A DNA stretch of 62,503 bases, counting the filler. It is 6 parts of 6 records of this genome, joined end to end, with 100 filler letters (N's around TTAATTAATTAA, not from the genome) between each part and the next. Parts side by side here need not be neighbours in the genome. Positions count along the whole stretch, not along the records: positions 1 to 6,168 come from SRR31156797_9177; positions 6,269 to 14,669 come from SRR31156797_9182; 4 more parts are not named here. One strand, 5' to 3'. A model generated the notes under the pieces. The model was given only the letters and a program-made list of their open reading frames with translations. It searched no databases and was not told where the DNA came from. The position numbers and the translations under genes were made by a program. Every line of letters begins with the position of its first letter. Positions within the stretch are counted from its first letter, which is position 1. Positions 1-10,944 of this stretch are shown one piece after another.

Positions 1-2073
1 TCCGAATTCCTGGCCAATATGTCCCATGAACTGCGAACACCGCTTAATTCAATCCTTATTTTGTCCCAGCTCTTTGGCAACAATAAAGACGGCAACCTTA
101 CTGACAAACAAGTTGAATCGGCTAAAGCGATCCATAAATCGGGTTCAGAACTGCTCACGCTGATCAACGAAATCCTTGACCTGTCCAAGGTTGAAGCGGG
201 TAAAATTGATCTGGTGATCGAGGAAGTCAAAATCAGGGACATGATTACCGACCTGAACCGGTTATTTAAAGAGGTGGCAGCCGACAAGGGGGTGGACTTT
301 GAGGTTGCTATTACCAATGAGGTTCCGAGTATTGTCACAACAGATTCCCAGAGACTGCAGCAAGTCCTGAGGAACCTGCTGTCCAACGCTTTTAAATTTA
401 CCGAACAGGGACGCGTTGACTTGACCATTCATCGACCTGCCCCCGAAACGATCCCAGAGGAGCTTGATCCCTTAACTTCCGTGGCATATGTAGTCAGGGA
501 TCAGGGTATTGGAATTCCCAAGGAGAAACAGGCTGCCATTTTTGAAGCCTTTCAACAGGCCGATGGTTCCACGAGTCGTAATTTTGGGGGCACAGGTCTG
601 GGTCTGTCCATATCCAAAGGGCTTGTAAAACTTCTGGGCGGGGTTCTCCAACTGGCAAGCGAAGAAGGCAAAGGCAGTACATTCACCGTTATACTGCCCC
701 AGGATCACGTCCCTGTCATCCCCGGCACTCCGGGTGATAAAGAGCCCACGAATTTCTGTCCCCCCCCTACCGGAGATGAACCCAGACCGGCCCCATCACC
801 TGTCAGCTCCGTTTCAGACACCCGAATCGAGGACAAAACCAAAACCATGGTCACAACAACACCCCAGCAGGTTCGGGATGACCGGAAAAAACTCTCACAT
901 TCAGACAAGAGCCTGCTGATCATCGAAGATGATTCCAAATTCGCCAGGGTCATGCGGGATTTTGCCCGGGATCGTGGCTTCAAGGTAATCATCGCCGAAG
1001 ATGGTGAAACCGGCCTTCACTTTGCCGATTACTACGATCCCAGTGCCATCATCCTGGACATTGGACTTCCCGGAATAGACGGCTGGACCGTAATGGAGCG
1101 TCTCAAAAATAACCCCAAACTGCGTCATATCCCTGTCCATTTCATGTCGGCTGCAGATTCATCCCAAGACGCCATGCTCATGGGCGCCGTTGGATATCTC
1201 TCTAAACCTGTGTCCGTAGAAAAGGTGGAAGAAGCCTTTTCCCGTATTGAAGAGATAATCTCTAAACCGGTCTCCAGACTGCTGATCGTGGAGGACGACA
1301 AGATTCAACGGGAATCCATTAAACAGCTTATCGGTGATGGAGACGTTAAAATCACGGCTGTCGCCACCGGCGCCGAAGCCATCTCCGAGCTGGGCCGAGG
1401 AGACTACGACTGCATGATTCTTGATCTTGGCCTCGAAGACATGTCCGGGTTTGAACTGATTGACAAGATTTGCATAAACGAAAATACTCCGCGCGTTCCC
1501 ATCATCGTTTACACGGGCCGAGATTTAAACCGGGACGAAGAGACCCAATTGAAGCGTTATGCCGAGTCCATCATCATTAAAGGTGCCAAATCGCCCGAAC
1601 GGCTTCTTGATGAATCCGCTCTTTTCCTACACAGGGTAAAATCCGATCTGCCCGATGATAAACGCCAGATGCTCAAGATGACCCATGACCAGGAAGCGGT
1701 ACTGGCCGGTTCGACCATCCTTCTGGTAGACGATGATATGCGTAATGTATTCGCTCTTTCCAGTGTTCTGGAGGAAAAATCCATCAACGTGATCATAGCC
1801 AAAAATGGACTGGAGGCCCTTGAAAAACTCAAGGAGAATAAAACTGTCAATCTTGTTCTCATGGATATCATGATGCCCATAATGGATGGGTATGAAGCCA
1901 TGCGGGAGATCCGTAAGGACTCAAAATACGCCAAGCTGCCCATCATCGCCCTGACTGCCAAAGCCATGAAAGGTGACCGGAGCAAATGCATTGAGGCCGG
2001 AGCCAACGACTACCTGGCAAAACCGGTCAATACGGACAAACTGATCTCCATGCTGCGGGTGTGGTTATATTAA
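1..2073 (+). CDS. Hybrid sensor histidine kinase, HisKA-HATPase with three receiver domains (5' truncated)
   Basis: Frame is open from base 1 (SEFLANMSHELRTPLN H-box). N box NLLSNAFKFT and G2 box GGTGLGLSI are present, followed by a Pro-rich linker and three REC motifs (LIIEDD, LIVEDD, LLVDDD). Confidence 0.93.
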   Translation, partial: SEFLANMSHELRTPLNSILILSQLFGNNKDGNLTDKQVESAKAIHKSGSELLTLINEILDLSKVEAGKIDLVIEEVKIRDMITDLNRLFKEVAADKGVDFEVAITNEVPSIVTTDSQRLQQVLRNLLSNAFKFTEQGRVDLTIHRPAPETIPEELDPLTSVAYVVRDQGIGIPKEKQAAIFEAFQQADGSTSRNFGGTGLGLSISKGLVKLLGGVLQLASEEGKGSTFTVILPQDHVPVIPGTPGDKEPTNFCPPPTGDEPRPAPSPVSSVSDTRIEDKTKTMVTTTPQQVRDDRKKLSHSDKSLLIIEDDSKFARVMRDFARDRGFKVIIAEDGETGLHFADYYDPSAIILDIGLPGIDGWTVMERLKNNPKLRHIPVHFMSAADSSQDAMLMGAVGYLSKPVSVEKVEEAFSRIEEIISKPVSRLLIVEDDKIQRESIKQLIGDGDVKITAVATGAEAISELGRGDYDCMILDLGLEDMSGFELIDKICINENTPRVPIIVYTGRDLNRDEETQLKRYAESIIIKGAKSPERLLDESALFLHRVKSDLPDDKRQMLKMTHDQEAVLAGSTILLVDDDMRNVFALSSVLEEKSINVIIAKNGLEALEKLKENKTVNLVLMDIMMPIMDGYEAMREIRKDSKYAKLPIIALTAKAMKGDRSKCIEAGANDYLAKPVNTDKLISMLRVWLY

Positions 2074-2907
2074 ATGAACGAAAAAGAACGAATAGAAAAT
2101 GAGCGTATCGAGATCACGCTGTTACTTGAAGCGATCTACCAAAAGTATGGTTACGACTTTCGCAACTATGCCAATGCCCATACCAAGCGGCGTCTCAAAC
2201 ACCGGCTCAATCTCGAAGGTCTGAACTCCTTTTCGCAAATGCTCCATAACCTTCTCTATGATGAGGATTTCTTCAATAAGGTATTGCTCGATCTTTCCAT
2301 CAACGTTACGGAGATGTTCCGCGACCCATGGGTTTACGCAAAAGTTCGCGAATTGGTGGTTCCGCATCTAAAAACCTACCCCTTCATTAAGGTCTGGCAC
2401 GCGGGTTGCTCCGCGGGTCAGGAAGTTTACTCCATGAATATCATCCTCCAGGAAGAAGGGCTTCACGAAAGGGTTCAGATATATGCCACGGACTTTAATA
2501 AACTTATAATCGAGAAGGCCAAAGATGGGATTTATCCAATCGATGTCATTCGCGAGTATACATCCAACTATCAGAAAGCCGGCGGTATAAATTCTTTTTG
2601 CGAATATTATACCGCACAATACGAGAGTGTGATTATTAATCAATCGCTTCGAGATAATATTCTATTTTCCCTGCATAATCTCGTGACGGATAGCGTGTTC
2701 GGCGAGATGAATCTAATCTTCTGTCGTAACGTTATGATCTATTTTGACCGCGAACTACAGAATCGTGTGTTTAACCTGTTTTACGATTCGCTTTGCCCAG
2801 GAGGTTTTCTATGCATCGGCTCAAAGGAGAGTCTTAAATTTTCCTCAGCTGCCGACAAATTCGAGGTCGTTTCCCAACGGGAAAAAATTTACCGGAAGAG
2901 ACGATGA
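2074..2907 (+). CDS. cheR: CheR-type protein-glutamate methyltransferase
   Basis: Motifs INVTEMFRD, KVWHAGCSAGQEVYS, IYATD and IFCRNVMIYF. Confidence 0.93.
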   Translation: MNEKERIENERIEITLLLEAIYQKYGYDFRNYANAHTKRRLKHRLNLEGLNSFSQMLHNLLYDEDFFNKVLLDLSINVTEMFRDPWVYAKVRELVVPHLKTYPFIKVWHAGCSAGQEVYSMNIILQEEGLHERVQIYATDFNKLIIEKAKDGIYPIDVIREYTSNYQKAGGINSFCEYYTAQYESVIINQSLRDNILFSLHNLVTDSVFGEMNLIFCRNVMIYFDRELQNRVFNLFYDSLCPGGFLCIGSKESLKFSSAADKFEVVSQREKIYRKRR

Positions 2908-3497
2908 GCATGTCAGATGACAAACCTTACAATGCAGTTGTCATTGGTGTTTCCGCAGGTGGAATTGCCGCCCTGGATACGGTTCTGCCTCTTTTGGACA
3001 AGCACCTTCCCGCACCGATCTTTATAGTTCAGCACATCAGCCCGGATTCGGACAGCTATATTGCCGAATATTTTGACAAACAATGCAAGGTCTGCGTCAA
3101 GGAAGCTGAAGAAAAAGAGACTCCAGTCTTTGGCACAGTCTATTTTGCACCCCCCAATTATCACTTGCTATTGGAGCTGGAGGGGACCCTCTCCCTGTCT
3201 GCCCAGGATCGGGTGAATTATTCCCGCCCGTCTGTTGATGTTCTGTTTGAAACGGCTGCCGAAGCATACAGAGAGGGACTCATCGGCGTAGTTTTGACAG
3301 GATCCAACCACGACGGTGCCAATGGATTGGCCAGAATCGCCGAGCTAGGTGGACTCACCATTGTTCAATCTCCGGAAACGGCTGAGGCTCAAGCAATGCC
3401 TCTTGCTGCTCTAAAGGCGATAGAACCAGACCATATATTACCGCTGAATGAAATTGGATTTTTCATAAACCGCCTGCTGCTTAATGGAGGAGAATGA
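2904..3497 (+). CDS. cheB: Stand-alone CheB methylesterase without receiver domain
   Basis: Catalytic Ser-His-Asp motifs IGVSAGG, VQHI and LTGSNHDG, plus SRPSVDVLF. Confidence 0.92.
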   Translation: MSMSDDKPYNAVVIGVSAGGIAALDTVLPLLDKHLPAPIFIVQHISPDSDSYIAEYFDKQCKVCVKEAEEKETPVFGTVYFAPPNYHLLLELEGTLSLSAQDRVNYSRPSVDVLFETAAEAYREGLIGVVLTGSNHDGANGLARIAELGGLTIVQSPETAEAQAMPLAALKAIEPDHILPLNEIGFFINRLLLNGGE

Positions 3498-4498
3498 TAC
3501 AAACAAAAATTTTAATCGTTGATGATCGTCCTGAAAACCTGCTCTCTTTGGAAGGGCTTCTGGATGATCCCGGCCTTACACTGATAAAAGCAAACTCCGG
3601 TGATGAGGCATTAGCTCACACCCTTGACCACGACTTTGCCTTAATTCTCATGGATGTGCATATGCCTAGTATGGACGGGTACGAATGTGCCGAACTCATG
3701 CGCGGCAGTAAAAAAACCAGGGATGTCCCCATCATATTTGTCACCGCCGATCTCAGCAATCGGAACACCATGTTCCGGGGTTATGAATCTGGTGCGGTTG
3801 ACTACTTGTTCAAACCGTTGGATACGGTTGTGTTCCGCAGTAAAGTCAGCGTATTCCTGGACCTTTACCGCCAGAAGAAACTTCTTAAAATTAAAAACCA
3901 GGAACTGGATGCAAAACTGGTGGAACTCGAAGAGCTGCAACAGCAGTTGGAGGAAACCAACGAACAACTGCATATGTTATCCTTCAAAGACGACCTTACC
4001 GGCTTGCTCAACCGACGCTGTTTTGATAAATCATTGGAAGAGGATTGGCAGCGCGGACTACGTGATAAGACGCCATTGTCACTAGTGCTGATCGATATCG
4101 ACCATTTCAAGGGATTCAATGACACCTATGGACATGTCGAGGGTGACCAATGCCTCAAACAGGTTGCTCATACACTTGAAGCCGCTATGCAACGCCACGT
4201 TGACCGGGTGGCACGTTATGGTGGCGAGGAGTTTGCCGTCATCCTGCCCGGAACAGATACATCTGGGGCATTGCAGGTGGCTGAACGCATTCGGAAGGCG
4301 GTGGAAGATCTGTGTATAAAGCATGAAGCCTCTCAAACCTGTAGGACTGTAACCATCAGTCTCGGTATTGGTTCCATCATCCCGGCTCGGAATTTAGAAG
4401 CCAATCTTCTGATTGCTGCTGCTGATAATGCTCTATTCCAGGCCAAAGCGTCCGGGCGAAACCAATGTTGCCAGGCTGAAAAGCCCTTTGCAGTATAG
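3494..4498 (+). CDS. Response regulator diguanylate cyclase (REC, coiled coil, GGDEF)
   Basis: N-terminal REC (ILIVDD, LMDVHMP), then DDLTGLLNRR, DIDHFK and RYGGEEF with an RxxD (RHVD) I-site. Confidence 0.92.
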   Translation: MIQTKILIVDDRPENLLSLEGLLDDPGLTLIKANSGDEALAHTLDHDFALILMDVHMPSMDGYECAELMRGSKKTRDVPIIFVTADLSNRNTMFRGYESGAVDYLFKPLDTVVFRSKVSVFLDLYRQKKLLKIKNQELDAKLVELEELQQQLEETNEQLHMLSFKDDLTGLLNRRCFDKSLEEDWQRGLRDKTPLSLVLIDIDHFKGFNDTYGHVEGDQCLKQVAHTLEAAMQRHVDRVARYGGEEFAVILPGTDTSGALQVAERIRKAVEDLCIKHEASQTCRTVTISLGIGSIIPARNLEANLLIAAADNALFQAKASGRNQCCQAEKPFAV

Positions 4499-4608
4499 AT
4501 ATATGTATCATTGGAAAAGAACCAATGTTAAAAGACAACAAAAACCGAATACTGCCTTCTCAAAGTGTTCTCATGGTAATTCGCCAATAGATGTATAAGG
4601 AGTTGCTA

Positions 4609-4662
4609 ATGTACCGATGCGGCTGGTGCGGTAAGGGTGCAATCCCATTTAGTGGCAAATAG
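4609..4662 (+). pseudogene. Possible truncated 5' end of DNA-3-methyladenine glycosylase I (Tag-like)
   Basis: A strong RBS (TAAGGAG) precedes MYRCGWCG, which resembles the Tag N-terminus (RCxW). The frame stops after 17 codons. Confidence 0.3.
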
Positions 4663-4814
4663 TTGGTTTAATAGAGAACAAACACTCATTATGAAGTATT
4701 AACAATTGGTTATGATAGCATACTTTTTTGCACCTATGGGCTAACTATATTGTCATAAAATATAACCGCTTGCCCTCGCAAAACCATGCTGCGGACAAGC
4801 CGCAGACATTTATG

Positions 4815-6168
4815 TTATGTCTTCTGTCGAGGGACGGTGGGGGGAGCCGCCAGATCAGCCACTGTGCGGGTAAAGTCTTTTTCCAGCTCTGCCGTAAACT
4901 TGTCCCATTCCAGGCCGAACCGGTAAAAGGCTGTAGCCGCAAGCTTTTTGGAGATGATGGCGTCCCGGTATTCCTGCATGGAATCGGTATTCAGGATGTC
5001 TGTGATCCGTTTTTTGCCCATTAGCTTAACCAAGGTTTCGGGAATATAGGCCGCCAGGATTTTCCAGACCTGATTTTTTTGTTTTAATATGGTGTTAAGC
5101 CTGGTGCGAAATATTTCCTGAAGGGCCAGGATTTCTTCCCCTGCCTTGTCTGATTGGGCAAAGAGTGGAATGTCCGGATCTGCTTTACAGCGACGGATTA
5201 ATATCTTCGTTTCCGCTGCCGCATGGGTTTCAACAAAACCGAGGATCTCCCGGATCAGGTCGCCGCACACCTTGGTATCCTCAAGTATGGCAGCCTCGTA
5301 TTGATCCCCAAGAAGGAACCCCGGAAGGACTTCGGCCATAACCGAGGAATATACCCCCCCCTTATTGGCACTAGTATCCTTGAGGTGGTGGATGCAGGTG
5401 TTTGTAGCAATGTGCCGACGGGCGTCGTTGTCAAAAAAAAGGCCGGCACCTTCCACGATGAATTCAAGTTCTTTGAAATTTTCCAGAAAGGATCTAACGG
5501 TTCTCCCGGTGACGCCCTCCTTGAATCCGCCACAAGGCAGACAGGCCCGAATCCCGGCCCTGCGGATGTGCGCTCTCATTTCTGGGTTAAAGAGGAAATC
5601 TCTGTGAAAGAGGGTGCTGTCTTCAACCACGGTACCGGTGGGCAGGAAGATGCGCGCGGCCGTGGCCGGTACCTTGAACCCCTCGGGAGACAGCATGTCC
5701 GATGGAAAGGCCAAGGTGCCCGCGGCAATGCCGGTACGGGCGGCGAAGACCAGTTTTTCCAATTCGGCGGGATCCAGACCGGCCGGATCAAAGAGGAGTG
5801 CCTCATTGTCTATGGCCAGGCAGATTCGCCCTTGACAGCAGAGCAGCTCATTGCCTCCCAGCCGGCCGCCGGGTCCGCCGATGACCATAAAATTCAGGTC
5901 TTTTTCCCGGGTGTTATGGTGGTGGATCAGGGTACGGAAGGCCGCCATCATAGCCGTGGTGCTCATGCCCAGAGTTTTAATCTTTCCACTGATTTTTTTC
6001 CTAAGTTTTTCCATATCCTGGGTGATCAGCTGGGACCTTCCGTTTATTTGAAGGTCGATTAGGCCGTTACCGGCCGGCAGCAGCCCGAACAATTTGCCGT
6101 TGTTCAGGAGACCATAATTATCGTGGGGGATGCCGCAGCCTTTTTCCGTGGCAATGGTCCGCCAGTGG
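4815..6168 (-). CDS. NAD-specific glutamate dehydrogenase-like protein, C-terminal part (5' truncated, divergent motifs)
   Basis: Frame is open to the contig edge. Motifs GIPHDNYG, GMSTT, GGPGGRLGGNE, PCGG, IVEGAGLF and KDTSANKGGV match the large NAD-GDH family. Confidence 0.75.
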
Positions 6169-6268
6169 NNNNNNNNNNNNNNNNNNNNNNNNNNNNNNNN
6201 NNNNNNNNNNNNTTAATTAATTAANNNNNNNNNNNNNNNNNNNNNNNNNNNNNNNNNNNNNNNNNNNN
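6169..6268. other. Artificial contig spacer
   Basis: N-run with a central TTAATTAATTAA linker (stops in all frames). Confidence 0.99.
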
Positions 6269-7013
6269 GTTCGGTCACGTTAAAGGCGCCTTTACCGGAG
6301 CGGCTTCTGACCGCCAAGGTGCGGCGGAGTTAGCTGACGGAGGAACACTATTTCTCGATGAATTGTGCGAAATGGATCTAGATTTGCAAACAAAACTGCT
6401 GCGTTTTATTCAAACGGGTACCTTTCAGAAGGTAGGCTCGTCAAAAATGAAGAGCGTTGATGTACGTTTTGTCTGTGCGACAAACCGAGATCCGTGGAAA
6501 GAAGTTCAAGAAGGACGATTTAGAGAAGATTTATATTATCGCTTGTACGTGATCCCTTTGCATTTACCCCCTTTGCGAGAGCGTGGCGATGATGTCATCG
6601 AAATTGCATACTCGCTATTAGGCTATATGTCGAAAGAGGAAGGGAAAAGTTTCGTTCGCTTGTCTCCTGAAGTGGTTGAACGTTTTCAGCGTTACGAATG
6701 GCCGGGTAACGTACGACAATTGCAAAACGTGCTGCGTAACGTTGTCGTTTTAAATGATGGACAAGATATTCATCAAGAAATGTTACCGCCACCATTGAAT
6801 CTGTTGCCTAAGCGGGTAGATGAGGTTCCAACAAGTGAACCGATTTCAGCTCATCAGATTTTCCCATTATGGTTAACGGAAAAACAGGCGATTGAGCAGG
6901 CGATCGATGCCTGTGATGGCAATATTCCTAAAGCGGCAGGTTATTTGGATGTTAGCCCGTCGACGCTATATAGGAAGCTGCAAACTTGGAATGAAAAAGA
7001 GAAGGAACAATAG
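6269..7013 (+). CDS. luxO: Sigma-54 activator LuxO (5' truncated)
   Basis: [27 protein letters not shown] and a Fis-type HTH. Lies directly upstream of a luxU-like HPt gene and a convergent yvcK, the usual Vibrio synteny. Confidence 0.93.
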
Positions 7014-7127
7014 TTTTATCATTAGGGATAGTGGGATCTATTTGTTCTTTGCTTACGCTCAAGCTAAAAGTACTCGTTACTTTTAGCTTGGTTAATGACC
7101 ACTTAATATGATCTACAGACCCTAATT

Positions 7128-7466
7128 ATGGATGTAATGAACCAAACCAAGATTGATAAGTTAGCGAAAGATATCGGTGAAGAAAATGTGCCCTTGCTGG
7201 TGCAAATCTTCTTAGGCGAGCTGAAGACGTATAAACAAAGTTTGGTCAGTGATGAGCTGACGGACAAAGCCCGCTACCTTAGAGATATCAGCCATGCTTT
7301 AAAGAGCAGTGCCGCCAGTTTTGGTGCTGATAAACTGTGTGCTAAAGCACTCGATATTGATTCAAGAGCTAAGCAAGGCATTGAGTTTGACGAAAAAGCG
7401 GAAGCCGCAGATATGGTGAACTTACTCGATCAAACCCACGGCTTCTATCAACAGTTAATTGCTTAG
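7128..7466 (+). CDS. luxU: Phosphorelay HPt protein LuxU
   Basis: HALKSSAASFGA HPt motif in a 112-aa ORF following luxO. Confidence 0.92.
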   Translation: MDVMNQTKIDKLAKDIGEENVPLLVQIFLGELKTYKQSLVSDELTDKARYLRDISHALKSSAASFGADKLCAKALDIDSRAKQGIEFDEKAEAADMVNLLDQTHGFYQQLIA

Positions 7467-8369
7467 TTGCTCTTCGATAGCCAACTGCAGTTTTGAACGG
7501 TCATGACGCCATTCGCGATTTGGTGATGCTAAATCGCGAGTTACGCAATTCCAATGTTGTTTAAGCTCAGAATGTTCCTCTGGACCTATCACCACGTCAA
7601 TTTTACGCATTCGACAAGCGCGTTCGCACCATTCCAGTTTCTGTTTTAAACTCATGCGACCGGCTGGGCCGTACTCAGGAGAGAGGTTTTCTACGAAGAT
7701 TAACTTCGCTTTGGTATTTTGAGCAATGGCTTGCGCTAACTTGGGCAGCAACAGCGGCGGCATGATACTGGTTAAAAAACTTCCCGGGCCCAGAATGATG
7801 GCGTCAGCTTCAGCAATGGCGGCTATCCCTTCTTGAGTTGCAGGAACTTCGGGATCAAGATCAAGCCGAAGCAAATCGTCTTCCATCTCATCCACATCAG
7901 TTTCACCGGTTACCCATTTGCCATTTAAAGCCAGCGCGGCTAAATCAGAAGGGTGCTCTGACATTGGAATGATATTAACGTCAACCTTCAGCATGCTTCG
8001 AATTAGGTTTATCGCATCAAGTGGCCTTACCGACAGGTTATCTAACGCGGTAAGCATTAAGTTCCCTAAGTTATGCCCGTCGAGCTCACCGCTGCCTTTG
8101 AAACGATACTCGAACATCATAGAGCTAATCGAAGGGTCTGTGATGAGCTGATTGATACAGTTACGCGTATCGCCCCACGCGATGCCACCCTGACAGTGAC
8201 GAATTCGTCCGGTTGAACCGCCATTATCAGTCGTGGTGACAATCCCTGTAGCGTTAGAACCAAAATCTTTTAATGCCGCCAACATACGGCCGAGTCCGTG
8301 ACCGCCGCCAATAGCGACCACTTTTTTGTCTTTATGTAAGCCCATTTTTAGTATTCTTTTGTTTGTCAT
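7455..8369 (-). CDS. yvcK: YvcK/YbhK (UPF0052) family protein
   Basis: VVAIGGGHGL, TTDNGGSTG, GHNLGNL and LGPGSFLTS. Divergent from moaA. Confidence 0.9.
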   Translation of the reverse strand: MTNKRILKMGLHKDKKVVAIGGGHGLGRMLAALKDFGSNATGIVTTTDNGGSTGRIRHCQGGIAWGDTRNCINQLITDPSISSMMFEYRFKGSGELDGHNLGNLMLTALDNLSVRPLDAINLIRSMLKVDVNIIPMSEHPSDLAALALNGKWVTGETDVDEMEDDLLRLDLDPEVPATQEGIAAIAEADAIILGPGSFLTSIMPPLLLPKLAQAIAQNTKAKLIFVENLSPEYGPAGRMSLKQKLEWCERACRMRKIDVVIGPEEHSELKQHWNCVTRDLASPNREWRHDRSKLQLAIEEQLSN

Positions 8370-8544
8370 TCTGCAATGAATTTAAAGCAAATGAGTAGCG
8401 ACTTATACTTATTTAGGGGTAAATTAAGAGATAAGTTTTCTTTTGCAACTGATTTACTAGAAACCCGATTCGTTTTTGAGTATTTTACCTTTTAGTATTA
8501 GTAGTCGCTGATCAATGTAAACACGTTTTTATTGACCGGCTGCC

Positions 8545-8660
8545 ATAACTCCGAGCTTATTTTGCTAAGTCTATGATATGCAGCTTAAGCCAGTGACAGG
8601 TCGTCACAAGGGCATAAGTGGAAATGCTTAAGCCTCCCGTGTTTGGAAAGGTGTTCCGTG
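8545..8660 (+). ncRNA. Moco RNA motif (molybdenum cofactor riboswitch)
   Basis: The moaA leader contains AGGGC...GAAATG...GCCTCCCGTGTTTGGAAAGGTGT, matching the conserved 3' part of the Moco motif that overlaps the RBS. Boundaries are approximate. Confidence 0.85.
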
Positions 8661-9647
8661 GCGCAACAATTCGAAGATAAATTTCAACGTAAATTTTATT
8701 ATTTACGTCTTTCTGTTACCGATGTGTGTAACTTTAAATGTACTTATTGCTTGCCTGATGGTTATAAACCTTCGGGGCAAAAAAACTCGTCTTTTTTAAC
8801 CCTACCTGAAATCAATCGGGTGGTGAATGCGTTTGCCGATTGCGGCACTTCTAAGATTCGAATCACAGGTGGTGAGCCGAGTTTACGTAAAGATTTCACC
8901 GACATCATTCGCCTTGTGGCAGACAAACCTAACATTAAAAAGATAGCGACAACGACCAATGGCTACCGAATGGAAAAGAGCGTAGCGGATTGGAAAAGTG
9001 CCGGTTTAACCCACATTAATGTCAGTGTCGACAGCCTTGATCCCCGTATGTTTTATCAAATCACCGGAGAGAACAAATTTCATCAGGTGATGTCCGGTAT
9101 CGATCGCGCTTTTGAAGTGGGCTACGAACAGGTCAAAGTGAATGTGGTGTTGATGAAAGATCGTAACGCTCATGAACTGCCGCTGTTTTTACAATGGATC
9201 AAGCATCGCCCTATTCAATTGCGCTTTATTGAACTGATGCAGACGGGAGATATGGATGAGTTGTTTACCAATCATCATGTTTCGGGAGTTGCGATACGGA
9301 ATCAGTTGATCGCAGATGGTTGGATTTTAAAAACCAGAGAAAATAATGATGGTCCTGCGCAAGTTTTCGTTCATGCCGATTATCAGGGCGAAATCGGATT
9401 GATCATGCCTTATGAAAAAAACTTTTGCGAAAGCTGTAATCGCCTAAGAGTGTCGGCATTAGGAAAATTGCATTTGTGCTTGTTCGGGGAACAGGGAGTA
9501 GAGCTAAGAGACCTGCTTCAAAGGGACACTCAAGAAGCTGAACTTATCGAACGTATTCAGATGCAACTGCAAAATAAATCAGTCAGCCACTTCCTTCATG
9601 ACGGGAATACCGGTATGACACCGCATTTAGCTTCTATTGGTGGTTAG
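8658..9647 (+). CDS. moaA: GTP 3',8-cyclase MoaA
   Basis: [17 protein letters not shown] radical SAM motif, FCESCNRLR, and C-terminal SIGG. GTG start at 8658 follows GGAAAGG. Confidence 0.96.
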   Translation: MAQQFEDKFQRKFYYLRLSVTDVCNFKCTYCLPDGYKPSGQKNSSFLTLPEINRVVNAFADCGTSKIRITGGEPSLRKDFTDIIRLVADKPNIKKIATTTNGYRMEKSVADWKSAGLTHINVSVDSLDPRMFYQITGENKFHQVMSGIDRAFEVGYEQVKVNVVLMKDRNAHELPLFLQWIKHRPIQLRFIELMQTGDMDELFTNHHVSGVAIRNQLIADGWILKTRENNDGPAQVFVHADYQGEIGLIMPYEKNFCESCNRLRVSALGKLHLCLFGEQGVELRDLLQRDTQEAELIERIQMQLQNKSVSHFLHDGNTGMTPHLASIGG

Positions 9648-9702
9648 CATCAATAGTCACAGAACAAAATCAACAAATAATAAATAGAGATAGGGTGAAC
9701 AA

Positions 9703-10209
9703 ATGGGTCACGCAGAAAGCAAATTTCAGCCTGCAAATATCGCGGTACTAACCGTTTCAGATACGAGAACAGAAGAGAATGATACCTCTGGCCGCTACTT
9801 GGCGGAGAATCTCCAGGAAGCAGGTCATAAGTTAGTTGATAAGCAAATCGTTATCGATGATATGTATAAAATCCGCGCGATTGTTTCGCAATGGATTGCT
9901 GATGACAATGTGCAAGCGGTGTTAATTACCGGTGGTACAGGTTTTACTTCTCGTGACAGTACTCCTGAAGCGCTAAAACCACTGTTCGACAAAGAAGTTG
10001 AAGGGTTTGGTGAACTGTTCCGCATGGTTTCTTATGAAGAAATTGGCACATCAACGATTCAATCTCGAGCTGTCGCTGGTTTTGCTAACCATACCGTTAT
10101 CTTTGCTATGCCAGGCTCAACCGGTGCTTGTCGTACGGGTTGGACCAAAATAATTAAACAACAGCTAGATGCTAGCCACCGTCCTTGCAACTTTATGCCG
10201 CATTTATAA
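9703..10209 (+). CDS. moaB: Molybdenum cofactor biosynthesis protein MoaB
   Basis: AVLTVSD, DTSG, TGGTG and QSRA motifs, in the moa operon. Confidence 0.95.
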   Translation: MGHAESKFQPANIAVLTVSDTRTEENDTSGRYLAENLQEAGHKLVDKQIVIDDMYKIRAIVSQWIADDNVQAVLITGGTGFTSRDSTPEALKPLFDKEVEGFGELFRMVSYEEIGTSTIQSRAVAGFANHTVIFAMPGSTGACRTGWTKIIKQQLDASHRPCNFMPHL

Positions 10210-10218
10210 GAAGGCACA

Positions 10219-10701
10219 ATGACTCAATTTACTCATATAAATGCTTCAGGTGAAGCAAACATGGTGGATGTTTCGGCGAAAACTGAAACGGTGAGAGAAG
10301 CAAGAGCGGAAGCGTTTATTCATATGGCGCCGGAAACCTTGCAACTGATTGTATCTGGTCAACATCACAAAGGTGATGTGTTCGCGACAGCGCGCATTGC
10401 TGGTATTCAAGCCGCAAAGAAAACCTGGGACTTGATTCCCCTTTGTCATCCATTGCTGCTTTCTAAAGTTGAAGTGCAATTAGAAGCGATTGAAGCAGAA
10501 AACAAAGTTCGTATTGAATCTGTGTGCAAGCTGGCGGGTAAAACCGGTGTTGAAATGGAAGCACTAACGGCAGCTTCGGTTGCGGCATTAACGATTTACG
10601 ATATGTGCAAAGCGGTTCAAAAAGATATGGTGATTGGACAGGTTCGTCTGTTAGAAAAAACGGGTGGCAAGTCAGGGCACTTTAAGGTTGAAGCACAATG
10701 A
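10219..10701 (+). CDS. moaC: Cyclic pyranopterin monophosphate synthase MoaC
   Basis: [22 protein letters not shown] and YDMCKA. Confidence 0.96.
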   Translation: MTQFTHINASGEANMVDVSAKTETVREARAEAFIHMAPETLQLIVSGQHHKGDVFATARIAGIQAAKKTWDLIPLCHPLLLSKVEVQLEAIEAENKVRIESVCKLAGKTGVEMEALTAASVAALTIYDMCKAVQKDMVIGQVRLLEKTGGKSGHFKVEAQ

Positions 10702-10943
10702 TTAATGTACTTTTTTTTGCTCAGACCCGAGAGCTAGTAGATTGTGACTCTCTCCAGCTAGAAGCCGAGTTTCATTCGGTAGAGCAATTACGCGCACATT
10801 TGGCCGAGCAGTCGGATAAATGGGCTTTGGCAATGGAGTCTGGAAAATTACTCGCGGCCGTCAATCAGTCGATTGTTGCTATGGATACCGAGTTAAAGGA
10901 TGGTGATGAAATCGCCTTCTTCCCACCCGTGACTGGAGGTTAA
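10698..10943 (+). CDS. moaD: Molybdopterin synthase sulfur carrier MoaD
   Basis: Ubiquitin-like 81-aa ORF ending FFPPVTGG. Confidence 0.96.
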   Translation: MINVLFFAQTRELVDCDSLQLEAEFHSVEQLRAHLAEQSDKWALAMESGKLLAAVNQSIVAMDTELKDGDEIAFFPPVTGG

Positions 10944-10944
10944 T

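Noticed and set aside
5223-6062. 279-aa plus-strand ORF and other overlapping ORFs
   Set aside because: Antisense shadows of the GC-rich GDH-like gene with no motifs.
6269-7466. Qrr sRNA near luxO
   Set aside because: qrr1 lies upstream of luxO, which is beyond the contig edge.
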